From contig UQJV01000001.1 in the NCBI GenBank assembly GCA_900541475.1, positions 34,245-98,244 on the forward strand: 64,000 nt of DNA. The letters run 5' to 3'. Positions 46,660-60,132 of the stretch are shown in pieces. A program made the translations under genes and the position numbers. Position 1 is the stretch's first letter; every line of letters begins with the position of its first letter. The stretch comes from an uncultured Collinsella sp. (GTDB lineage Bacteria; Actinomycetota; Coriobacteriia; Coriobacteriales; Coriobacteriaceae). The notes under the pieces are model-generated. The model ran no database searches, was not told the DNA's origin, and saw only the letters and a program-made list of their open reading frames with translations.

Positions 46660-47499
46660 ATGCTTGCGATTAAAAAGCTCAACAACAATGCCGTTCTTTG
46701 CCGCGACGGGCAGGGGCGCGACGTGATCGCCATGGGCAGGGGCGTCGGTTTCGGCGGAGATTTTCCTCGAGAGCTCCCTCTTTCTAAAATCGAGCATACA
46801 TTTTACGACATTGATCCTAAAGGACAAGATGTCATGAGGGATCTTCCCTCGGATATCGTGATGTTTGCGGCGAAAGTTATGGACATCGTTGCCAACGAAC
46901 TGCCCTACGACCTCTCGACCAATGCGACGCTGTTCATGGCTGATCACCTGTCGTTTGCCGTTGCGCGAGCCCAAAAGGGGGTCCGCATCGCGATGCCTCT
47001 TGCCTATGAAGTGCGGGAGACGTATCCGAAGGAATACAAGGCTGCCCAGTTTATCGTCATGCGACTCGAGAAGGAGCTCGGAGAGCGGCTTCCCAAGGAT
47101 GAGATTGCCAGTATTGCGATGAATCTCGTGAACGCACGGGTTGTTGAAGCCGTCAAAGCCACGGCCGAGCCCGCAAAGCAGTTCGACGATATGCTCGAGG
47201 ACGTTATCGAGATTCTCGAAAGCGATTTCCGCATTATTGTCGACCGCGATTCCTTTGATTTCACCCGCTTCGCCACGCATCTGCGGTACCTGTTCAAGCG
47301 CATTCAAGCCGGCGAGTCGCTGAACAGCGCCAACATGCAGATGTACAAGAACTTTCGTGAGGAGTTTCCGCAGTTGGCAGAGTGCGTGAAGCATATCGGT
47401 TCCTATTGTCGTGAAACGTGGGACGCCACGCTCTCCGAGGAGGAGGAACTCTATCTGATGATCCATCTCAACCGGATCATCTCCAAAAAAGGATTGTAA
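46660..47499 (+). CDS. licT: BglG/LicT-family transcription antiterminator (CAT RNA-binding domain + 2 PRD)
   Basis: MLAIKKLNNNAVL..GRGVGFG CAT domain; RBS AAAGGAGG. Confidence 0.85.
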   Translation: MLAIKKLNNNAVLCRDGQGRDVIAMGRGVGFGGDFPRELPLSKIEHTFYDIDPKGQDVMRDLPSDIVMFAAKVMDIVANELPYDLSTNATLFMADHLSFAVARAQKGVRIAMPLAYEVRETYPKEYKAAQFIVMRLEKELGERLPKDEIASIAMNLVNARVVEAVKATAEPAKQFDDMLEDVIEILESDFRIIVDRDSFDFTRFATHLRYLFKRIQAGESLNSANMQMYKNFREEFPQLAECVKHIGSYCRETWDATLSEEEELYLMIHLNRIISKKGL

Positions 47500-47566
47500 C
47501 CCGTAGCCATTCGGGGCATGACCTTTGCCGATTCGAACAGTAAGCCAAGATTGTGCAAAGGAGCCA

Positions 47567-50583
<3,017 letters not shown>

Positions 50584-50765
50584 TAACGTTAAGATGGACA
50601 AATGCGCCCGTTGGGGGAATAGTCGTGCCACTTCGCTTGACAACAGGCTAAACTAGCTATTAAACATTTACTATTCTGTTTAGATTGAATTTGCGGTCGT
50701 TTAGTTGCCGAGCCACGGGGCGGTCAAGCCACGATGCTCGGCCGCGACCGATGCTAGGGGGAACG

Positions 50766-51776
50766 ATGGCTAAAGCAAGCGTCCGCGAGATCAGCCGCAT
50801 TACCGGCTTTTCGCCCGCAACCGTGTCCAACGCGCTCAACCGCAAGCGCAGCGTGAGCGAGGAGACCGCCAAGGTCATCCTGGAGTGCGCGCAGTCGCTT
50901 GGCTATCAGCAGTCGACGCAGCTCGAGAGCATCCAGTTTGTGCTTGCGCGCAAGACGGGCGCCATCCTGGACGAGAGCACCTTCCATCCCGCGGTCATCG
51001 AGGGCGTGGAGCGCCAGGCGCGTCGCCACGGCATGAGCACGAGCTTTGTCTCGCTCGACTTTAGCGACCTGGACGCCGTGCGCCCGCAGGTCGAGGGCCT
51101 GATCGCCGACCCGTCGGCCGCCATCGTGCTGATGGGTACCGAGCTGGGCGAGGAGGACTACGCCCTGTTCGCCGACGCTGCCGCCCACCTGATTGTGCTC
51201 GACGGCTGGAGCGATCGCCAGTACTTCGATGCCGTAGTCATCGCCAACACCGATTCGGTGCTGCGTGCCGTGGATTACCTTATCGAGAAAGGCCACAGGC
51301 AAATCGGCTATCTGGCGGGCGACCTTCGGATCCGCAACTTTAAGGACCGCGAGCGCGGCTATCGCCAAGCGCTTGAGGACGCGGGCCTCGAGGCCAATCC
51401 GGCATGGCGTGTCACGTTGGGCACCACGCTCGAGGGTGCCTATCGCGACATGGGCGTGTGGCTCGACAACGTCTCGCGCGACGATCTGCCGACGGCTTTC
51501 TTTGCCGAGAACGACGTGCTCGCCGTGGGCGCCATGCGCGCGTTCAACGAGCACGGTATTCGCGTGCCCGAGGATGTCTCGATCATCGGCTTTGACGACC
51601 TGTCTTTGGGCGCCTTCTCCAACCCGCCGCTCACCACGGTGCATGTTCCCAAGCACGAGGTGGGCGAGATCGCGGTGCGTCGCCTGGTGGGCAACATCCG
51701 CAACCCCAAGAGCTATACCTGCAAGACGGCCGTGTCGACCTACTTTGTCGAGCGCCAGAGCGTGTGCGAGATCTAG
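50766..51776 (+). CDS. LacI-family transcriptional regulator
   Basis: N-terminal HTH VREISRITGFSPATVSNALN; periplasmic-binding-like C-domain. Confidence 0.85.
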   Translation: MAKASVREISRITGFSPATVSNALNRKRSVSEETAKVILECAQSLGYQQSTQLESIQFVLARKTGAILDESTFHPAVIEGVERQARRHGMSTSFVSLDFSDLDAVRPQVEGLIADPSAAIVLMGTELGEEDYALFADAAAHLIVLDGWSDRQYFDAVVIANTDSVLRAVDYLIEKGHRQIGYLAGDLRIRNFKDRERGYRQALEDAGLEANPAWRVTLGTTLEGAYRDMGVWLDNVSRDDLPTAFFAENDVLAVGAMRAFNEHGIRVPEDVSIIGFDDLSLGAFSNPPLTTVHVPKHEVGEIAVRRLVGNIRNPKSYTCKTAVSTYFVERQSVCEI

Positions 51777-51842
51777 GCGAAGAAAACGCCGGGGCGCAGG
51801 GCGGCAAAGCTCGCTAAGGCAGCCATATCTAACGCTACTAAG

Positions 51843-51873
51843 AGAGGGTCCTTCGGGGCCCTCTTTTTGTTTC
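51843..51873 (+). terminator. canonical intrinsic terminator
   Basis: GAGGGTCCTTCGGGGCCCTC + TTTTTGTTT. Confidence 0.8.
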
Positions 51874-52034
51874 CCTTGTATGTTCAGTTTGTTTACATAC
51901 CGTTTAGGCTGATTTCTCTACCGTTTACGGGACTTTCGCGCTAGACTATTAAACAAAAGAGTAAAACATTTAGTAAACAGAACAAAACGAAACATGCGTC
52001 TGTTTACTGAACATGTGATTAGGGGAGGACGTAC

Positions 52035-53435
52035 ATGGACAAGATCAAGCTCGGCTTTGTGCCCACGCGCCGCAGCATCTTTAGCGCGCCGGACGCAATC
52101 AAGTATCGCGGCCTGACGGCTGATCGCCTGCGCGAGATCGGCGTCGACATCGTGGATATCGACGACATCAATGACGAGGGCCTGCTGTTCGACGACAGCC
52201 ACATTGAGCCTATCGTCAAGAAATTCCGCGCCGAGGGCGTCGATGGCATTATGCTGTGCCACGCCAACTTTGGCACCGAGTACGTTTGCGCTCGCCTTGC
52301 CCGCGAGCTCGGCCTGCCCGTGCTGCTGTGGGGCCCGCGCGACGAGCGCCCCGAGCCCGACGGCACGCGCCTGCGCGATAGCCAGTGCGGTCTGTTCGCC
52401 ACCGGCAAGGTCCTGCGCCGCTTCCAGGTTCCCTTCACCTACATGACCAACTGCCGCCTGACCGACCCCGAGTTCGAGCGCGGCGTTTGGGACTTTTTGG
52501 CCGTTTGCAACGTGGTCAAGACCTTCAAGCACACCCGCATCCTGCAGATGGCCACCCGTCCATTCGACTTCTGGTCGACCATGTGCAACGAGGGCGAGCT
52601 GCTCGAGAAGTTCAACATCCAGCTTTCGCCTATCCCCATGACCGAACTTGTCCAGGCTGTGCGCGACGCCCAGGCCGACGAGCAGGCCATGGCCGCCATG
52701 CTTGCCCACATCAACGACAGCTTTGAGATCTGCATCCCCGAGGACAAGGTCCCTGCGGTCGCCGGTCTTGCCATCGCCATGAAGCGCTTGGTCGAGAAGT
52801 ATGGCTGCAACGCCGGTGCCATTCAGTGCTGGAACGCTCTGCAGGACGAGCTGGGCATTATGCCCTGCGCCGCCAACGCCATCCTCAACGAGATGGGCAT
52901 TCCTATCGTATGCGAGACCGATATCCACGGCGCCATCACCGCGCTGATGGTCGAGGCCGCCGACCTGGGCCGTCACCGCGGCATGTTCGCCGACTGGACC
53001 GTGCGCCATCCCGATAACGAGAACGGCGAGCTGCTGCAGCATTGCGGCCCCTGGCCCTGCAGCTGCGCGGCCGTCAAGCCCAAGCTCACCTACCCGCTGG
53101 CTTTCGATCACCCCGGCGCGCTGACGGCCGAGGCCAAGCACGGCGACCTCACCCTTGCCCGCTTTGACGGTGACAACGGCGAGTACTCGCTGCTACTGGG
53201 CAACGCCCGCGGCATCGACGGCCCGGCCGGCATGGGCACCTACCTGTGGGTCGAGGTCGACAACCTCAAGCGCCTCGAGGCCAAGATCGTCGAGGGTCCC
53301 TACATCCACCACTGCGTCGCCATTCACGCCAACGTGGTGCCGGTGCTCTACGAGGCGTGCAAGTACATCGGCATTGCCCCCGACTTATACGACCCGATTG
53401 AAGAAGACGTCAAAGCCTACCTGCGAGGAGAGTAG
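52035..53435 (+). CDS. L-fucose/L-arabinose isomerase-family sugar isomerase
   Basis: 466 aa; family-level resemblance only. Confidence 0.5.
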   Translation: MDKIKLGFVPTRRSIFSAPDAIKYRGLTADRLREIGVDIVDIDDINDEGLLFDDSHIEPIVKKFRAEGVDGIMLCHANFGTEYVCARLARELGLPVLLWGPRDERPEPDGTRLRDSQCGLFATGKVLRRFQVPFTYMTNCRLTDPEFERGVWDFLAVCNVVKTFKHTRILQMATRPFDFWSTMCNEGELLEKFNIQLSPIPMTELVQAVRDAQADEQAMAAMLAHINDSFEICIPEDKVPAVAGLAIAMKRLVEKYGCNAGAIQCWNALQDELGIMPCAANAILNEMGIPIVCETDIHGAITALMVEAADLGRHRGMFADWTVRHPDNENGELLQHCGPWPCSCAAVKPKLTYPLAFDHPGALTAEAKHGDLTLARFDGDNGEYSLLLGNARGIDGPAGMGTYLWVEVDNLKRLEAKIVEGPYIHHCVAIHANVVPVLYEACKYIGIAPDLYDPIEEDVKAYLRGE

Positions 53436-53437
53436 AA

Positions 53438-54274
53438 ATGGCAACTATCGAAGAGCTTGAGTCCCTGCGTTGGGACCTTCGCCGCGATTGCGTCGATATC
53501 ATCATGGCTGGCGCCGGCGGCCACATCGGCGGCGACATGTCGGTGATTGACGCCCTCATGACCCTCTATGCCAACCACCTCAACATTTCGCCCGAGACCG
53601 TCGACGATCCCAACCGCGATCGCTTCGTGCTCTCCAAGGGCCACGCAATGGAGGCCTACTATGCGGTGCTCTGCCACGAGGGCTATCTGGATCTCGATGA
53701 CGTCAAGGCCCGCTTCTCCAAGTTCGGCAGCCCCTACATCGGTCACCCCAACAACAAGCTCAAGGGCATCGAGATGAACTCGGGCTCGCTGGGTCACGGC
53801 CTGCCCGTGGCCGTGGGCATGGCGCTCGCCGGCAAGATGGACGGCCGCGACTATCGCGTCTATACCATCATGGGCGACGGCGAGCTTGCCGAGGGCTCGG
53901 TCTGGGAGGGCGCCATGAGCGGCGGCAACTACCAGCTCGATAACCTGTGCGCGCTCGTGGACCGCAACCGCCTGCAGATCAGCGGTAGCACCGAGGACGT
54001 CATGAAGCAGGACTCGCAGGAGGAGCGCTGGGCAGCCTTCGGATGGAACGTGCTCTCCATTCCGGGCAACGACGTCCGGGCCATCGACGCCGCGCTGACG
54101 CTTGCGGCCGAGACCTGCGGCAAGCCCACGGTCATCATCCTCAACACGGTGAAGGGCTATGGCTCGCCTGTTATGGAGGACAAGGCCGCCTGGCATCATC
54201 ACCTGCCCAATGATGAGGAATATGCCCAGATCATCGCCGATTTCGCTGCCCATAAGGAGGCCATCAATGGCTAA
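53438..54274 (+). CDS. transketolase, N-terminal (TPP-binding) subunit
   Basis: HIGGDMS, GHPN, GSLGHGL, MGDGEL motifs. Confidence 0.9.
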   Translation: MATIEELESLRWDLRRDCVDIIMAGAGGHIGGDMSVIDALMTLYANHLNISPETVDDPNRDRFVLSKGHAMEAYYAVLCHEGYLDLDDVKARFSKFGSPYIGHPNNKLKGIEMNSGSLGHGLPVAVGMALAGKMDGRDYRVYTIMGDGELAEGSVWEGAMSGGNYQLDNLCALVDRNRLQISGSTEDVMKQDSQEERWAAFGWNVLSIPGNDVRAIDAALTLAAETCGKPTVIILNTVKGYGSPVMEDKAAWHHHLPNDEEYAQIIADFAAHKEAING

Positions 54275-55208
54275 CAAGATCGCCAATCGCAAGGTTATCT
54301 GCGACACGCTGCTCGAGGCCGCGAAGACCGATAAGGATATCGTCGTCCTGTGCTCCGACTCCCGCGGCTCCGCATCGCTCACGCCGTTCTTTGATCAGTA
54401 TCCCCAGCAGTCCGTCGAGGTCGGCATTGCCGAGCAGGACCTGGTGAGCATCGCTGCCGGTATGGCTTCGTGCGGCAAGAAGGCCTGGGCCGCCTCGCCG
54501 GCGTCCTTTGTGACCACGCGCTCGTATGAGCAGTGCAAGGTCGACGTTTCGTACTCCAACACCAACGTCAAGCTCATCGGCATCTCGGGCGGCGTGTCCT
54601 ACGGCGCTTTGGGCATGAGCCATCACTCCGCGCAGGATATCGCCGCCATGAGCGCGATTCCCAACATGCGCGTGTATCTGCCGAGCGACCGCTTCCAGAC
54701 CGCCGAGCTCGTGCGGGCCCTGGTCGCCGATAACAAACCGGCCTACATCCGCGTGGGCCGCAACCCGGTCGAGGACGTGTACACCGAGGACGAGTGCCCG
54801 TTCCAGATGGATCGCGCCACCTGGGTACGCCGCGGCACCGATGTAACGCTCGTCGCTACCGGCGAGATGGTCCGCCATGCCGTGGACGCTGCCGACCTGC
54901 TGGCCGAGCAGGGCATCTCGGCAACGGTACTCGACATGTACTGCGTCAAGCCGCTCGACGCCGAGGCCGTGATTGAGGCCGCCGGTGCCACGCGCGCCGT
55001 CGTGACCGTCGAGGAGCACAGCCCCTTCGGCGGTCTGGGCTCTATGGTCGCGCAGGTGGTGGGTGAGCATTGCCCGCGCCCGGTCAAGTGCCTCTCCCTG
55101 CCCGACGCGCCGGTCATCACCGGCACGAGCCCCGAGGTCTTTGCACACTACGGCCTGACGGGTGTCGGAATCGCCAAGACCGTTGCCGAATTCCTGCCCG
55201 TAGAGTAA
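54267..55208 (+). CDS. transketolase, C-terminal (pyrimidine-binding) subunit
   Basis: ATG overlaps previous stop (ATGGCTAA); VEVGIAEQD motif. Confidence 0.9.
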   Translation: MANKIANRKVICDTLLEAAKTDKDIVVLCSDSRGSASLTPFFDQYPQQSVEVGIAEQDLVSIAAGMASCGKKAWAASPASFVTTRSYEQCKVDVSYSNTNVKLIGISGGVSYGALGMSHHSAQDIAAMSAIPNMRVYLPSDRFQTAELVRALVADNKPAYIRVGRNPVEDVYTEDECPFQMDRATWVRRGTDVTLVATGEMVRHAVDAADLLAEQGISATVLDMYCVKPLDAEAVIEAAGATRAVVTVEEHSPFGGLGSMVAQVVGEHCPRPVKCLSLPDAPVITGTSPEVFAHYGLTGVGIAKTVAEFLPVE

Positions 55209-55249
55209 TTGGAATGTGACAAAGGGACCGTCCCTTTGTCACATTCGTT

Positions 55250-56755
55250 TTGAAAGGGGTGGCCATGGGCCGCTACATCATCGGAATCGATCAATCCACG
55301 CAGGGCACCAAGGCGCTGCTGGTAGACGAGGGCGGCCATTTGATTCATCGTGCCGACCGTTCGCATCGCCAGATTGTCAACGAGGCCGGCTGGGTGAGCC
55401 ATGATCCGGCCGAGATTGCCACCAATGTGCTGGCCGTGGCACGTGCCGTGGTGGAGGAGACCGGGGTCGATCCGGCCGACGTCGCCGGCATCGGCATCTC
55501 CAACCAGCGCGAGACCACCGTTGCCTGGAACCGCACGACGGGCGAGCCGCTGTGCGACGCCGTGGTGTGGCAGTGCGCCCGCGCCCGCGAGCTGTGCGAC
55601 AAGCTGGCCGCGCGCGAGGGTGTGGCCGAGCTGGTGCGTGACACGACGGGCCTGGTGCTCTCGCCCTACTACCCGGCGGGTAAGATGGCTTGGATCCTCG
55701 CGAACGTTCCCGCTGCTGCCGAGGCCGCGGCGGCTGGCGAACTGTGCCTGGGCACCATCGATGCCTGGGTGGTCTGGACGCTCACGGGCGGCGCAGAGTT
55801 CCGCTGCGACTGGTCCAACGCCAGCCGCACGCAGCTCTTTGACCTGCGCCGTGGCTGCTGGAGCGAGCCAGTGTGCGAGGCCTTTGGCGTCGACGTGGCC
55901 TGTCTGCCACAGGTGACCGATTCCGATGGCCTGTTCGGCACGACGGATCTGGGCGGCTTTTTGCCAGCGCCCGTGCCCATTCACGGCGTGCTGGGCGACA
56001 GCCACGCGGCCTTGTTCGCGCAGGGCTGCCACAGCCGCGGTATGGCTAAGGCGACCTATGGCACCGGCAGCTCGGTCATGATGAACGTCGGCGACGAGTT
56101 CGTTGCCAGCTCGCACGGGCTTTCGAGCTCGCTCGCATGGCGTATGGACGGCGTGACCGAGTACGTGCTCGAGGGCAACGTGAGCTACGCCGGTGCTGTC
56201 AAGACGTGGCTGCGCGACGATCTGGAGCTCATCAATAACCCCGAGGAAGTTACCGACCTGTGCTACGCTGCCAATCCGGCGAGCCGCGTCTACTTTGTGC
56301 CGGCGTTTACCGGTTTGGGCGCGCCGCACTGGGCGAGTGACGCCGAGGGCTGCGTATTTGGCATGACGCGTACCACGGGTCGCGCGGAGTTCGTAAAAGC
56401 TGCAGACGAATCGATTGCCTATCAAATCTTTGACGTAATTGACGCAATGGTCGAGGATTCTGGCGCGGCACTTGCCGAGCTTCGCGTTGACGGCGGTCCC
56501 ACGCGCGACGCGTACCTGATGCAGTTTGAGAGCGACTTGGTTGGCTCGCCCATCCGCATCGCGAGCAATGACGAGATGAGCGGCCTGGGCGCGGCCTGGG
56601 CCTGCGGCATTGCGCTGGGCATGTACACGCGCGGTGTCGTCGACGTCTACGGCGCCCGCGGCATCGTGGAGCCGTCGATGCCCGCCGACGAGCGCGCTAA
56701 AAAGATCGCCGGCTGGCGCCACGCCGTGAAATCAACGATTGCCTACACAGCCTAG
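55250..56755 (+). CDS. FGGY-family carbohydrate kinase (xylulokinase/glycerol kinase-like)
   Basis: GIDQSTQGTKALL N-terminal motif; GTGSS and C-terminal FGGY_C features. Confidence 0.8.
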   Translation: MKGVAMGRYIIGIDQSTQGTKALLVDEGGHLIHRADRSHRQIVNEAGWVSHDPAEIATNVLAVARAVVEETGVDPADVAGIGISNQRETTVAWNRTTGEPLCDAVVWQCARARELCDKLAAREGVAELVRDTTGLVLSPYYPAGKMAWILANVPAAAEAAAAGELCLGTIDAWVVWTLTGGAEFRCDWSNASRTQLFDLRRGCWSEPVCEAFGVDVACLPQVTDSDGLFGTTDLGGFLPAPVPIHGVLGDSHAALFAQGCHSRGMAKATYGTGSSVMMNVGDEFVASSHGLSSSLAWRMDGVTEYVLEGNVSYAGAVKTWLRDDLELINNPEEVTDLCYAANPASRVYFVPAFTGLGAPHWASDAEGCVFGMTRTTGRAEFVKAADESIAYQIFDVIDAMVEDSGAALAELRVDGGPTRDAYLMQFESDLVGSPIRIASNDEMSGLGAAWACGIALGMYTRGVVDVYGARGIVEPSMPADERAKKIAGWRHAVKSTIAYTA

Positions 56756-56765
56756 AATGGTTTTT

Positions 56766-56888
56766 CTGGGACGGAGATTAAAAAATCATTGGTCCTCGTC
56801 CCAGGTAGTCAATTTGGGACGGGGCTTTTTTGACTGGTATGATTGGTGCGACCATTCGAACCAGCTAAAAGAGCCCGTCCCAATTTGA
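56766..56888. repeat. structured intergenic region: hairpin CTGGGACGGAG..CTCGTCCCAG, then 18-bp perfect inverted repeats GTCAATTTGGGACGGGGCT / AGCCCGTCCCAATTTGAC about 45 bp apart
   Basis: Seen directly. Confidence 0.6.
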
Positions 56889-56906
56889 CTATCGAGAGGA
56901 TCTGCC

Positions 56907-57395
56907 ATGGAGCGCATCGCGAGCTTTTCCGTTGACCATCTGCTGCTTGAGCCCGGCGTCTATGTGAGCCGCGTCGACCGCGATCCGGCGACCGGCGCCG
57001 CCGTCACCACCTTTGACCTGCGCTTGACCACGCCCAACACGGAACCGGTCATGAATACGGCCGAGTGCCACACCATCGAGCACCTGGGCGCGACGTTCCT
57101 TCGCAACCATGCCGAGTGGTCGAGTCGTATTGTCTACTTTGGCCCTATGGGCTGCCGCACGGGCTTTTACCTGGTCGTGTTTGGCGAGGTGACGAGCGAG
57201 GAGATCTTACCGCTCGTGCGTGAGCTGTTCGAGTTTGTCGCCGGCTTTGAGGGCGATGTCCCCGGTGCCGCTCCCGAGGAGTGCGGTAACTATCTGGACC
57301 AGAACCTCCCCATGGCAAACTGGCTCGCACGCCGCTACCTCGACCGCGACCTGGCCGATATCGACGAGAAGCACCTGCATTATCAGCAGGCGTAA
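56907..57395 (+). CDS. luxS: S-ribosylhomocysteine lyase
   Basis: HTIEHL metal-binding motif, GCRTGFY region. Confidence 0.9.
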   Translation: MERIASFSVDHLLLEPGVYVSRVDRDPATGAAVTTFDLRLTTPNTEPVMNTAECHTIEHLGATFLRNHAEWSSRIVYFGPMGCRTGFYLVVFGEVTSEEILPLVRELFEFVAGFEGDVPGAAPEECGNYLDQNLPMANWLARRYLDRDLADIDEKHLHYQQA

Positions 57396-57533
57396 GGGCT
57401 TTATCGCCTAAAACGCATGGATTGGGCGCCTTCGCTTATGCGGGGGCGCCTTTTTGTTGAGTGGTCAGGACGAGCGTTCAAAATCGCTCATGTTTGTTCT
57501 AGAATGTTCGTATAGTCACATTTACGAACAGGA

Positions 57534-58184
57534 GTGAACATGCATATCTACTCTGTCTCTGATCCCGAGTTCAAGTCCTATGGCCGCGTGTGGGATGACG
57601 TTCCGTCCAGCCTGACCGCTCCACTCGTCGAGGCACTCGCGGCTACGCCCATCCCCGAGGGCAGCAAATACGTGGCCTCCGCGCCCGAGCTCGAGCAGGT
57701 TGAGGGCGCCGACACGCTCGGCCTGCTCATGTACGGCGGCCGCCCCTTCCAGCTCGGCTGGTGCAACGGCCACAACACACGACTCAACTGTCTGGAGTAT
57801 CACCGCGCGAGTGAGTTTAACCTGGGCGCCCGCGACTTTATCCTGCTCGTGGCGCATCGCTGGGAGATCGAGGACGGAAAGCTCGATACCGCTCAGGTCA
57901 AGGCGTTCCGCGTGCCGGCGGGCAAGGTTGTCGAGGTCTTCAACACCACGCTCCACTACACGCCGTGCATGGTCGATGAAAGCGGCTTCCAGGTGATGGT
58001 GGCGCTGCCCGCCGGTACCAACGGTCCGCGCCCCGAGGCCGCAACCGACATGCCTGCCGCCGGTGACAGCTACTGCTACTGGAAGGCCGACAAGTGGGTC
58101 CTCTGCCATGCTGACAGCCCCAAGGCAGCCGAAGGCGGCTACGTGGGCCTCATCGGAAAGAACCTCGACATCGCCTGCGACTAG
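57534..58184 (+). CDS. hypothetical protein (possibly DUF4867-like)
   Basis: ORF only. Confidence 0.4.
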   Translation: MNMHIYSVSDPEFKSYGRVWDDVPSSLTAPLVEALAATPIPEGSKYVASAPELEQVEGADTLGLLMYGGRPFQLGWCNGHNTRLNCLEYHRASEFNLGARDFILLVAHRWEIEDGKLDTAQVKAFRVPAGKVVEVFNTTLHYTPCMVDESGFQVMVALPAGTNGPRPEAATDMPAAGDSYCYWKADKWVLCHADSPKAAEGGYVGLIGKNLDIACD

Positions 58185-58192
58185 AATCTTCT

Positions 58193-58330
58193 GTCTCAAT
58201 CTGTAACACCTAGCGGGCTAAATCGCCTCTACCTGTTATAGATCGAGACAAACCGTAGAGGGCCGCCCGAACAATCTCAATCTGTAACACCGGGCCCGGT
58301 TTTGGCGGCCTAACTGTTACAGATCGAGAC
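58193..58330. repeat. two palindromic element copies U6 (58193-58249, inverted core) and U7 (58275-58330)
   Basis: GTCTCAATCTGTAACA-N24-CTGTTATAGATCGAGAC and TCTCAATCTGTAACA-N24-CTGTTACAGATCGAGAC. Confidence 0.85.
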
Positions 58331-58525
58331 AAACGGGCCCCAGCCATCACAAAGGTGACTGTCCCCTTTGCGGTGGCTGGGGCAGGTGGGTATCAAAAAG
58401 TGTCAGACGGGGTGGTTGCCGGGCGCCTGCACGCGAAAAGAAGTATCGGCCTGCGCCGTTGCCGTTGAGCGACGCGTTGTTTGCAGGGATACTGAGCCTA
58501 TGACAACAGCGTGCGAAAGGATTGA

Positions 58526-59959
<1,434 letters not shown>

Positions 59960-60132
59960 GGGCACTGAGGCGCTCAACCTTGGGGCTCCAACCCTCCTCG
60001 CGTACCTAAGTACGCTTCGTCGGGCTTGTCGCTCCCAATCTTGAGCACCTCAGGCCCTTAGGGGACGGGCCTGACCGCTGTGAATTTCGCGGGCTCATCC
60101 TCATAGTCTCCTAATCAAGGCGCCCGGCGAGT

